Assembly: GCA_030264375.1 (NCBI GenBank)
Contig: JASCQW010000099.1
Span: 49,984,287 to 50,048,286, forward strand
Length of the DNA: 64,000 nucleotides
Reading direction: 5' to 3'
Source: Carcharhinus longimanus
Taxonomy: Eukaryota
The translations under genes were made by a program, and so were the position numbers. Below are positions 1 through 11,867 of this stretch, piece by piece (within the stretch, counting starts at the first letter, position 1; every line of letters begins with the position of its first letter). The notes below the pieces were generated by a model. That model searched no databases. It had not been told where the DNA came from and worked only from the letters and a program-made list of their open reading frames with translations.

Positions 1-660
1 CATGCAAGTTCAGCAGGTTATAGGATAGGCAAGTGGAATGTTGGCCTTTATTTCAAAGGGAATGGAGTATAAAAATAGGGAAGTCTTGCTAAAACTATAT
101 GAGGCACTTGTTTGACCACAACTGAAATACTATGAACAGTTTTAGTCCCCTTATGAAAAGATAAGCTGATACTGGAGGCAGTCCAGAGAAGGTTCACTAT
201 GTTGATCCCAGGCATGGAGGGCTTTTCTCATGAGGAGAGGTTGAGTAGGTTTGGCCTTATTCATCGGTGATGAGAAGAATGAGAACAGACCTTATTGAGA
301 CATATAGGATTCTCAGGGGGCTTTACAGGGTTGATGTTTAGATGTTCATTCCCTTGTCGAAGAGTCTAGAATCAGGGCATAATCTCAGAATAAGGGGGCC
401 ACCCATTTAAGGCAGAGATGAGGAGGAATTTCTTCTGAGGGTAGTGTATCTGTGGAATTCTTTACTGCAGAGAGCTATAGAGGCTGGGTTGTTAATAATG
501 TTCAAGGCTGAGAAAGATAGGTTTCTAATCAATAAGTGAATCGAGGCTTATGGGTTTAAGGGAGTAAAGTGGGGCTGAGGGTCAGTCATGATGTCATTGA
601 ATGGCTGAGTAGACTCAATGAGCCAACTGGCCTACATCTGCTCTTATGTCTTATGGTTAT
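1..660 (+). mobile_element. CR1 LINE 3' fragment (ORF2 C-terminus and 3' UTR), decayed
   Basis: Degenerate KANGMLAFI/LYKALVRPHLEYC/QRRFTRLIPG-like coding text, then a CR1-type 3' end (ATGAGCCAACTGGCCTACATCTGCTCTTATGTCTTATG). Confidence 0.85.
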
Positions 661-2867
661 TTGGGTACCACATCTAAACTCTATTCTGCCCTCATTCTAT
701 GTATGAATGCTTTCAAGCAACAGTCACTGGTGGAGTGGGAACCCTTGCATTTTATTCCCTCACTGTAATAGCGAGCTCCTGAACTGAATCATCTCCATTG
801 TCATTCTGGCATCAAATGACTAGTTCAGCATAGACTGAGCTGGAATGTGGCTGGAACTACAGTTGTGCAGTGTGTAGTGTTGAGCCATCATTTTATTTGA
901 ATATAAAATGAGTTTTAATAGTTTTTGAAAACAATTCTTAACAGTTTTTATTTTAACAGTAAATTTAAGTTTAAATGTGCAGGCAAAGCCACATGGCTAT
1001 ATTTGATGGCACCGTATGCCCACGGAAACTCACTGTGCTGAAACCGCTTACCTGCTTCACTTGCTTCTCTTTGGTCAGAGTGAATGTACTCCCCGATCCC
1101 CGAGTGTCAGCCACCTCCCTTTATACTGCAGGGAATAACAAACTGGGACATGTCACAGATGTCACCTGCCCCAGCCTGAAAAGTTTGTGTGATTGCAGAC
1201 TCATCTACTTTGTGGAAACAGACCACAGCCTAAATACTCAAGCCCAGGAACATCAAGTCTGCTTCAAACACAGTGAATGGGATAAGTTAGCTATTGTCAC
1301 ACGCTCAATTTAATAACAAACACATCGGTGATACAACTATAAACATCCCACCCTTCATGGACAGACATATAAGTTGTTTCAGGGAGGCCACGGAGATTTG
1401 ACAACCAAGTATTCCCCTAAAACAGTGGTCTTCTCCTCCGTGACATACTCTTGCTCAGGAAACATGCTATCATGCATTCTCCAAAGTCGACCAATCAGCA
1501 ACAAGAGTGTTAATGCATTGATCAGTCAGCAGTAAGATTCTGCCCATGTTTCCATCCCTCGTCTCTTTCACCTGTTTCACTCACTGCTCCAGACAACAGG
1601 CAGAGCAGGCTCGTCTGAAACATTGAGGTGTATCAGTTCTTTCACGGAGCACTTTTAAGCTTACAACTGTGCTTTTGAGAGTAAAATTCTTACGTGGCGT
1701 GACCATAAAATTTGCCTTTCTCAATTCTCTATTTGTGTGCATTTTTCCACTAAAAATATAACTCAGTGGTATTGGAATTGTCTTTTTTCTTTCATGTTGA
1801 TTTAGTTATTTCATTACCTAACAAGTAAAAGATAAAGATGCGAGGGAAGATCAGCAGATGCACTGGCGATTGGCTGGGTTCAGGAACAAAAGAGGTGGCT
1901 ATGAGCTTGTTAGAATTGGCACTTTGGAGTTTCAAAGGACTTGCTGGGAATTTTGAGGATTGAAAGCTATGTGAAATTTTGCAAGAGGGACTGGGATTTA
2001 ATTCTAGCTTGGATGGTGCTAGGGTTTAACAAATAGGGACTGATGTTGTGTGGAGGACTGTGGATGAAGGTTGTATGGTCTCAAGACTGAGAGTGAGATT
2101 CCTAGGGTTTGAGTGAGAGTTTAGGTAGAAGCGGGAAGTTGGCAAGCAACTTGTTGCTAAACACTCACATCAGCAAAGTTCAGGATATTAACCAGCTTTC
2201 CTGTCCCCTGCAGACCTGCGTAACATTTGAAGCTATGCTTCTTACTAAATTCTTTAGTGTTTTTTTTAATTGACCTAGAATGATCAGTCCACTCCGAGTA
2301 TACCTGTTGACCGTACACAGACTGTTACTGAGTGGCGGTCAAGAATTTGGTGCGGAAGCAGTTGTTGTGTTGGGGAATAAAATGCGGACAGATGGAGGTA
2401 GGTCAGGCTGGCCATTGGAAGGAGGCAGCTTTGTTTGGGACAGGTGGTGGCATAAAGAAGAGTAAAGGCAGAGATTGCTAAATGACACATGAGGGAGTGC
2501 TGGGCCAGAGTCCTGATCTTCTGAATTTTAGTGGGATAGAGCTGTGGAGGACAGGCGCTAAACTTTGGCAGTGGAGCTGGGTGAAATATGTATAATGCGC
2601 TAGCGGTGACAAATCTAGATGTATTACAAGGAGTAAATGTTTCACACACCGGGGTGTTATGAACAGGACTTCTATTTAGAAAAAAAATTGTACATACTTA
2701 ATATTTGATGCATGCAAGAAAGTATAAAATAAAATGTTTGGTTTAAATACATGTTTCCAGACCTCATTTCTCATTGAGACGTAACATCATTGGAAACTAG
2801 GGGCAATAAATGTGTGGCAGACATATTGTATTGGGATAGCTGAGAGCTTTGCCCTCTTTTCAAATTT

Positions 2868-3066
2868 AGTAAGAAGTCTCACAATGCCAGGTTAATGTCC
2901 AACAAGTTTATTTGGAATCACGAGCTTTCGGAGTGCTGAGTCACCCAATGAAGAAGCAGCACTCCGAAAGCTCGTGATTTCAAATTAACCCAAATGGACG
3001 TTAACCTGATGTTATGAGACTTCTTATTGTGCCCACCCCTGTCCAACGCCGGCATATCCATATCAT
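2868..3066. mobile_element. Penelope-like element terminal repeat pair in inverted arrangement (family A) with degenerate hammerhead motif
   Basis: Arm 2868-2938 is the near reverse complement of 2957-3028; the centre reads CAC-CCAATGA-A-GAAGC-AGC-ACTCC-GAAA-GCTC-GTG. Confidence 0.7.
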
Positions 3067-3219
3067 GGTTACTGTCTCAAATTGAGTGCCCAGGTTGTAA
3101 CACATTTGGGAGTGGTGCGTTAAGTTGTTAACTTTGGGCAAAGACAGCAGATGTTCTTTAGGTTATAATCACTTTAGCGTGCAAAATCCATGGTTGCCTA
3201 TTTTACTATTCAACATTAG

Positions 3220-3344
3220 GGGTGGAATTTTACAGCCCGTCCTGTTGTCAAGATCTTCCATCCTGCTGAAGCCAATGGACTTTGGATGGCTCACCATATT
3301 TTCCAGCCCCACCGCTGCTGTGACGGGACTGTAACATTCCACTC
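3220..3344. mobile_element. Harbinger/PIF-type MITE
   Basis: TIRs GGGTGGAATTTTACAGCCCGTC / GACGGGACTGTAACATTCCACTC with a 3-bp TAG direct repeat on both flanks (3217-3219, 3345-3347). Confidence 0.7.
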
Positions 3345-3662
3345 TAGAAGTTCTTTGTGGCTGATGTCACCAGAAAATTGAAAGGAGTAACTTTGTTTCT
3401 TCCCTCTGCGGTGTATTGTTCCACTCATGAGGAGCCTCTTGAAAAATATGCCCAATGAATTTATTCAGATGAATTGGATTTGAATTATAATCACCATTCG
3501 AGTTCTAGGTCTTTAAATCTTAGTTAAATCTGTTCCTGTTAAAGCTAATGTGGGTCAATTCCCACATGAAATATGTTTAAAATATGAAATATATTTAAAA
3601 TAACGTACTTCATTCCACAAACATATTTACTGAAACTTTTCCCCTTCCCTCATTTGCCATAG

Positions 3663-4049
3663 AACACGACCAACCAGGTTTATCCAGTGATAGTGACCTG
3701 CTGTCACTGACGGTGGACGAGGATTCTCTTACTGAATGTGATGATGGAATGGCATCAAATAGAAGTTCCCCAAGCCGATATACAAGACTTAGTTCCTCCC
3801 CTGAACCTACGAGATCAGCCTCCTTTCCTCGTCAGGAGAGGAGCAAAGATGGAGCGGAAGGAAGCAAAGGCTTGTGGTNNNNNNNNNNAATTGGAAGTCT
3901 GAAACTTAGAACAGGGAGAGGAGGTGACTACTTGGCAAAGGCAGGAGAGCAGATAAAGCTGGCTCTGCAGAAGGAGGCAGAACAAGATTATGAAGGTGCC
4001 TTCAATTTCTACAGAAATGGGGTTGATCTGCTTCTTCAAGGAGTTCAAG
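3663..4049 (+). CDS. RPS6KC1: RPS6KC1 internal exon: post-PX linker and N-terminal part of MIT domain
   Basis: Acceptor ...TTTGCCATAG|AA, donor CAAG|GTATGT; encodes GLSSDSDLLSLTVDEDSLTECDDGMASN...DYLAKAGEQIKLALQKEAEQDYEGAFNFYRNGVDLLLQGVQ; 10-N gap at 3879-3888. Confidence 0.95.
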
Positions 4050-4879
4050 GTATGTCAAGCAAAGGTTATTGTCTTTTGGAGGCTTCTTGATTACAATATA
4101 CATATATGCCATTAATACTATCTGTAAATGATTTTTTTTAAATTTTGGAACTGCTTCTGTTTTCAACCAATGAATTACACAGATCTTTTAAATGTATTAA
4201 CAGTGTTAACTTTGGAATATTTTAATATGTGAATATTCATGTTCAAACCAGCTGGGATGTTAAAATGTAGCATTTTCTATTTCTGCGATGGATGCTCTCC
4301 TAACACAATTATATCCAGAGTAAAGCACCTCTTCAGCTCCAACAAATGCCTCAGCCCTAGCTAGGAAAGAGCATCTCTAATTGCATCAGTCAGCATGTGG
4401 CCTCTGTGGGCGAGATCATCAATTTTGTGTCAAATTAGGAACAATTTATTTGTGTGTCAAGCCCACTAAAACATAATTGAGATTGTCCAAAGTTATTCCA
4501 CGTAGAATCCTTGGAGCTAACTGAGATATGCCAATATGGATGAATCCTTTTTGCCTTCAACACTTTTTGCTGCACTTGCATCTAAAGGCTCTGTCGATTA
4601 CCTGAACTATACCCACAAAATGACAGTCCGAATCCAGGCTCAATATTGTACAAGATTAATACAATGCAAGAAATCAGCTGAGCATTATTATGCCTTGTTA
4701 TCTCCAGCCAAAATAGCCTCCCCCATCTACTTCTACCCCCCCCTTGTCTCCCACTGTTTGTCCTGATCCCTTGTCAGTTTGCAATTTCACTACTATCTCC
4801 GATCCCCACCCCCATTGCTATTTTCTCAAATTTACTATTTCCATGAAACCTACCTGATGCTTCCTAATCCCCTCCCCAT

Positions 4880-5530
4880 TCAATTACTTCTCCTGGAGAC
4901 CCATGCTAGCAGGCATTGCTCCGATCGCTGGCCTCCCTCCAGCTCCAGTTGACCCCATGCAGAGTGGCAGCAGGACTTTCCACCCCCACCGATTGCCCTC
5001 TAGTCCCTGCTGCCTTGGCATTGCCTGATGCCCATTGGGCAGTGCTAAAGTGCCCCTGGGCATGGGCACATTGTCTTTTGGACAGTGTGAGAGGTCACAG
5101 GCTGGTACTACCAAGGTGCCCATGCCCAGGGGACATCAACCGTCTGCCATCCAACCCCTGAGGAGGGGGAACCATTGATTGCCCCCTCCGTTCAGTCCAG
5201 TGGGGTCTCCTGCTGCTTCCCCGAATGTGGGGAGCTACTCTTAAACCCCAACGAAGTGAAATACTCCTGGTGGGGTGCGAAATGCTATTGGATCTGGAGA
5301 ATTCTATCCCAGGCCTGATAATGGCATTTAAATTACATGAAAAATAGATTAAAATCACTTGCCTTGTCTTCCCGCTGGTTTCCATTATGGTCCTGACTGG
5401 GCCTGCTCTCCTGCTGTGAGAGATGAACATGCATTGGGAGAGCGTGCATGAATCCCGCGAAATGGCCAACATGCACACCTCCCATCTCAACGCATCAAAA
5501 ACGTGCGAGTCGGGATGGGAGAATCGAGCC
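4880..5530. mobile_element. Non-autonomous GC-rich DNA transposon remnant (Harbinger-like)
   Basis: GGCA/TGCC-rich interior, ends in GGGAGAATCGAGCCC similar to the TIRs of other MITEs in this window. Confidence 0.45.
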
Positions 5531-6999
5531 CAGTGATGCTGAAGTTTTTCAACAAAAACAGTTTGCGGAGTCTGGAGTAATTCATTTGCATCTAGACAAA
5601 CTCATTCAAAGCCAAGCTAAATCAAATACTTGCTTTTGCATGGTTTTATGAAAAGATAGTGAATCAAATATCCCAGGGGAATTGCCCATGAAAATGTCCT
5701 GTGAATTCTACAGGGTTGCTTGACCAATTCTGGAATTTTGGAAGAATTTTCCACCTTTCCCAAATAAGAGGTCATGAAATGGTGGATTTTACGGGCTGTA
5801 CAAAAGAAGCTCCGTCAGTGTCCTTTTGTTCAGTGGCTCCTAAGATGGAAAATAATGCCTGGCTCAATGGCAGGTTTGGTGAAGTGAGAGGTTAACAGTT
5901 GGAGACCTCCTGTATTCCCACCTCCGGGTCAATTGAGTTCCTTACCTGGGCAATTAAAACCCATTTAAGGATCTCGTCCTGTCACTATTGGTATTAACCC
6001 ACTGGCAAGGAGCACAACAACCAAATCCTGTTGGGGTTCCATTGCCAGCTTCCGGTAGGAGTGGTGTCCCTCATTCAATGGCATTGAGTGATCAGCAGTG
6101 GGAGTTGGTATGGGGGGGAATGGGTACACTGAGAGCCTTCTGAGAGTATTGCTGACCCTCCCTCCTGCCATCACTCACCTGTGGCCATGGATCCCGTTAA
6201 TTTTTCCCCCATTGGCAAGATCTGTTAAGTGGGGCTCCAGCTGGCTCCCTAACTGGTGGGCGAGATCCCTGTCACCTCCATTAATTCCAGCCGCATGGTT
6301 TTTACAAAATATTTTTTAAAAACTAAATTGTTAACACGTATATACTAGTTAATACTTGGGCCCTGAAGATGTATGTATGTATGTATTTGAAATTTCCAAG
6401 GTTTTCAAACATCCCTGAGAAATTATGAACCATAATTTGCATGCTGGTTAATAAGTGTTTAGTTCCTTAAAAAATAGGCTCTCTGTTTATTCCATTTAAG
6501 GGTTGAGACTTCCTCTTTTTAAAGTAGTTTTTCTTCTTCTTATTGTTTAGTGCCTGTTCTCAGTTCTGAGCAGTTTCTCATTTGGTGGTTTTGTAGATTT
6601 TCTACTGCTGTCCTGAAACACCAAACACTGTGAACTGTGTATAAATCTTCATATATTTTTCCTGCTCCCGTTCAAAATTCTTTGATACCCAGTGAGGAAG
6701 TGCTTACCTTTCGTTCAGATCCTCAACTCTGATGGAAGGTTAGGGCATAGAAAATCTTCCGTGCAAGTTGAGGATAGTATTGTGTTGAGTTGTAATGCTC
6801 CCACAGTCCATAGTATATTTAACATTTGGGTAACCATAAGTCACCAGCAAAACTTTGACGTGGTTTCAATTCAGTGCATTATAGTGGGTTGTCTTCAGCC
6901 AGACTTAATTGCTCGTAGGGACAGCACGTAAATATGTCACCACATTGCTGCGATGTTGGCCATAGCTGATCAAAGAAAGCTTAAATCCGCAGCACGACA

Positions 7000-7260
7000 A
7001 TGTACAATTACACATGTAGCACGTTTAACTTCATTTCAAGACTTTTCACAAGACTGAGGGGAAAATTTGGATACTTAGGGAATTGTGAGAAGGGGGCAAA
7101 ACTAAAGGTGAAATTGAAGGGGGAGGTTTTCAGGAGCCATTGGAAATTAAGGGGAATTAGCAGATTTGGAGAGTTTTGAGAAAAAGATTCTAGAGTGGGG
7201 GTGTTGTGACAGCTGAAGACTCTGCAAAAGATCGTGGACGGAAGCGGGGGGGGTGGCTCA
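7000..7260 (-). mobile_element. L2 LINE 3' fragment, old
   Basis: Purine-rich text with CAGCTGAAGAC, similar to 10005-10370 and 28455-28900. Confidence 0.5.
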
Positions 7261-7753
7261 TGCAGCAGGNNNNNNNNNNAGCTTTACTGTGGAGGTTGTA
7301 GAGTTAATGTGGATTTCAGTGGTTTCATAATAGGATTGTCGCATTTTCATGTCATGTGTTTTTAATTTTCCCAATTAAATTTTAATTGGATAAGTTTCCA
7401 ATTTTGTTTTGCAAAAATATATATTTTATTCATGAAGTACCTGAGAGAAACATTACAAAACATTTCAAATTGTCATAGCAGGAAAGTGCAATGATATTCA
7501 TCCAGAGATCAAGATGTACTATGAGGTGCTTCAGATCAATAATGAGAACATTACAAACATTTCAATATTTTTGTTACAGTGAGCACAATTCTTTTTAAAC
7601 TATACATTGATCATGTTGCATTCTTGAGGTGTTTCAATACAGTTACACACAGTTAGCATTAGCACACTGTCTGTCTGAGGAGTTTCACATGGTTACCAGC
7701 CCTTTGGTGTGCATTGGCTAAAAAGCCTTATATAGCCGTGTTTTCCCATCGTG

Positions 7754-7820
7754 AGCTCCGAAAGCTCATGATTCCAAATAAACCTGTTGGACTTTAACCT
7801 GGTGTTGTGAGACTTCTTAC
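7754..7820 (+). mobile_element. Short Penelope-like family A terminal fragment with target site duplication
   Basis: Matches 2962-3028; flanked by TTTTCCCATCGTG (7741-7753) and TTTTCCCATTGTG (7821-7833). Confidence 0.75.
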
Positions 7821-9049
7821 TTTTCCCATTGTGCCATGAGTTTCGAACACTCTGATTCAAGTACAAGTTGCATCAATGTATACCAGGTAAGGTGTGCAAC
7901 ACTACAATAGGTATGGCATTTTCATAGACTGGTTCGTAGAGTGCAAAAAGATTTATGTGCTAATGTATTTTTACACGTTCAAGAAAAGAAATGACCGGGG
8001 CACTTTTATTTTAATTGCAAATAGAATACCTGATTGTTGCCCCTGAAAGTTGATTTAAATATACTGTTGCGGTATGCAAATGAGTAGTACTTTGCCCATA
8101 AATTAACCAAATGAGTCCATTTTAGAAGGAGCGGCAGGCTGTACAGTACATTTCAGAAAATGTTTTTCAATTAATAGACTAATTGTAATCATTAGTATAA
8201 CTACTTGAAAGTAAATGGGAACACTTTCATAGAAATTTACTGGAGCTTTTTGTAATCCTGCGTGTAGTAATGATAGAGGGAAGCATTGTTGTGTGCACTT
8301 TGTGAAACTTGAGTTGTGTGAGATCTGCATTAGTTGAACCATGGCAAGTTATGGCTGCCCTTTTTTGTACTGAATACACAGAAAATCACTACTTGCACAC
8401 TGTATCAAACATTAAGCTACAGTATCATCATTTAGAAGAAAACAGCTATAATTATGATCGCATGCATGGGCTTAGTATTAAATGCGTTAATTTGGTATGA
8501 CATGTTAATTACCTGCTTCTCCAGATGTTTAGTGCATTGTTGTGCACGCAGTTTACAAAATAATTACAGTAAAGTTGAATGAAAACAAAATAAGCGGGTG
8601 GTTTCTTGCCTTAATATTTTCATTCAAGTGAAACCATATGAGTCGCAGCTGCACAGACGCTAATGTAAGCGAATGGTTACAGAAACAACAAAGGTTGCCA
8701 TTAGAAGGCTTTTGTCCAAATGTGTCCCCAGCTGATTTTATCCCATCATACATTTATTTCAATCCCACCACCACACACATTCTCCCTGAGATCATTTCAA
8801 AAGACCTTGTTTTTGCTTCATCATGTTTGGAGTAAAATAACTAGGTTTGTAGGGGGATAAAACAGCATAGTTTGAAACCAATATAATGTTGTATCCTTTT
8901 GCTCTGTGAGCTAACTTATTTAGCGGGTTCCAAGTCTGCGGTGTGACCTGTGTGGAAATTGGCTTCTGTACATTTCAGGTAGTGAATAGTATACAAAGGA
9001 GTAGCTACACAAATATTCTTTACCTAGATTATAGGCAACCTTTGTGTTT

Positions 9050-9260
9050 TGTTCGTTGAAGGGATGTGAGTATTGCTGGCAAGGTCTAATTGCCCTCGAA
9101 GTTGGTGGCGAGCTGCCTTGTTGAACCTCTGCAGTCCGTGTAGTATAGGTACACCCCCAGTGCTGTGAGGGAGGGAGATCAGATTTTTGACCTAGTGGGA
9201 GAAAAGGAAAGGTGGAATATTACCAAGTCAGGATGCTGTGTTACTTGGAGGGAAACTTTT
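9050..9260 (-). mobile_element. LINE 3' end (CR1-group), same family as 35305-35560
   Basis: Shared text GGGATGT...CTAATTGCCC...GGTGGCGAGCTGCCTT...GCAGT. Confidence 0.6.
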
Positions 9261-10004
9261 CTCTTTAAACAAGTAACAGCTTTTATGACTCACTGTGTAG
9301 CTTTGTTATCTGGTGATCTTGCCTAAGTGAGCATTCATGATGTCTGAGCCTAAAAGGTCAAGGTTAGCAAGTTATTTGACTACTGAGCGAATCACAGATG
9401 AGCTCATATCCACCGTCATCGAACATACATTGTGGTTCCAGTGCTGGCCACTGGAAAGTGATTTGCAATAGGAGCATTAGATCGTGAATCCAAAGATGTT
9501 AAGGAAGAATGCAGTGCTGCAAATTATTTTTCTGGCCAACGTCATTGAATCAGCACCAACGTCATTGAATGAGCACTGACTGAGAATTGAACCTGGAGTT
9601 TCAAAGCCTTTGTACCACATGATATGGTGCAGTATCCTCAAGCCATTGGGTGCCTCTATGTCTTTAAATGTAACTTTGCCAATCCTTAATTTGCACCACA
9701 GTAACTTAGTTTGAATATCAATAAGACTCTTAAACCTACTTATTTTCTTACAGAATCCTGTTCTGCTGAAGTATATGATGAACTGAACAAGACACCTGCA
9801 TGCAAATAAACAAATGTGTCGTTGCTCCTGTGACCTTTCCTTATACAATTTAAAATTCAAATATGCCATTCTATCGGCTTTTTGAATGAAGCGCAATACA
9901 TTGTCAGAAAATGTTTATGGATAATGTTTTTCAGTTTTTGGTTTCTAGCAAACAGTTTTCAAATAATTGCTTCAGTATTAATTGTAGAGGTGTGCATCAA
10001 AAGC

Positions 10005-10370
10005 TTGCAGTATTTATATAGCTTCTTTCACATAGAAGCGCATTGGCTACAAGGAATATGAATGTTATGGCATGAGCTGGTGAGATTAGAAGGAAGGTTA
10101 TGACCAAAAACTTGGTCAGAGAGGTTGAGAACCTTGAAGGCAGAGAGAGAGGGAGAGAGGAGAAGAAGCAGAAGAGTTAAGGCTAAAAATCAAGAGTGTA
10201 TGTTTAGAAGACTGAAGGCACCATTGGCAGGGCGAAGGAGGAAATGCACAAAGGACTGGGAGTTGGAGGAATGGGGAGCTGGTTGGGACAGAGAAGACTA
10301 TGGTGTTGTAAGGCTACTTACAGATGTGGGAGGGATAGTGCTAGGAAAGGATGTAAAGATGCAAATGTGA
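10005..10370 (-). mobile_element. L2 LINE 3' fragment
   Basis: TTGCAGTATTTATATAGC 3'-end signature, CTGAAGGCAC motif, purine-rich + strand. Confidence 0.55.
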
Positions 10371-11867
10371 GCAGGACAGTTTATAACTCATCCTTAATGG
10401 GGATATACATCTTTAATATAGGGAATAGGAAAGGAAAAGCTAAATGCTGAAACTTTATGGAAAATGTCTTCAAACACACAACAGCTAATTCATCTGAAAA
10501 AAGAGATTAGTCCCACTGGTCTCGGCTGAAATGTCAACTTGTTTTTCACTTTATATAATGACTGGCCCATTCTATATTTTCCAGAAATTTCTGTTTTGAT
10601 TATATGTGTTTATTTAGTAAGCCAGATAGATTAGGTGTTTTAATCAATTGAAGGAAGACTGAGTAACTTTTGAGTAACTGCAAGGAAAGTGAAAACTTTA
10701 ATTAATTGTAACTTTTGCATGTAAAAAATGCTTAATTTACATATTGTTTGAAAACTATTGAATATTTCATTGTCCCCTTTGCCTCTCTGAGTGCATCCTG
10801 CGCTCAGAGAAGGGTTTATTTTGAAATTCTAATTGACATCGGTGGCTCATTGGTAAAACACACATGAGGTTTGAATCTGAGAATAGGTTTGAGGCCTCCC
10901 AACTATGGCCTTGAGCTGAAGTTGATGCATTCCCCCTGCTTTGTTACTCTGACAAACTGGAAGTTCTCATCAGGTGCCACGGGTAAGCACTTATATCTCC
11001 TAAAGGTAAGACACAGCATAGATATGGTAATGTCCAGTTAGAGTTGATCATTATACAGGTAATGGNNNNNNNNNNNNNNNNNNNNNNNNNNNNNNNNNNN
11101 NNNNNNNNNNNNNNNNNNNNNNNNNNNNNNNNNNNNNNNNNNNNNNNNNNNNNNNNNNNNNNNNNTTATACCGGTATTGGGAACGGTGGGGTGGGGGGGA
11201 ATACTTTGGTTCAGGGTGGGGTGGTGGATAAAAGTCAGAATCCTGACCCAACCATTATTTGTTAAGCTTTCCCAATCTAATAATAGATGGCTGGATTTCT
11301 TGAACATCCATAAACCTGACAACTGCATTGAGGAAAGGACTTCAAATCAAGGAAGCAAGCACCATAATTCCTACCCCTGGATTTATTGTTTCTGGGTGAC
11401 TCCTGTGACCAGGCACCCCTAACCTTCCACGTCAGTTCTCTAATCCTCTCATCCATCTCATTTCCTGAGATCTCTCTGATCCCTTTAGCTCTGAATTTTG
11501 ATATCTCCGTACCAACATGGGAACTCCATTGGTCTGCTTTTGCTTACCTGAAGGCCATTAACTCAATTGATCTGATTGGCTTCTGGGTGAGGAGCCAGTT
11601 TGAGAGGAAATTCAGACTTTCTGACTCATGGCATCTTACTGACCACATAACACCTTCCCTCCAACTCTGCCAGGCCAGATAAATAAATAGATCCTGGCTA
11701 TTGTGTCCCTCATTTGGTTGAACAAACACATAGAAAGTGCACAGCCTTACCTTGCCAGGTAACCTCATCTTTGATACCAAAATAGTAGGAAAGATTACAG
11801 TGTCAGACTTACATTTTCGTGATCTCAGAAGCCTCCAGTTGCAACCATTCTCCACATAAAAATGAAC

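Noticed and set aside
975-2650. Possible LTR or LINE remnants (also 13620-14100, 27020-27700, 40190-40640)
   Set aside because: Composition suggests old repeats, but I found no diagnostic termini or protein motifs
2868-3028. Hairpin as a microRNA precursor or CRISPR-like repeat
   Set aside because: It is a multi-copy TE end (second copy at 7754) and there is no repeat-spacer array; the DNA is vertebrate
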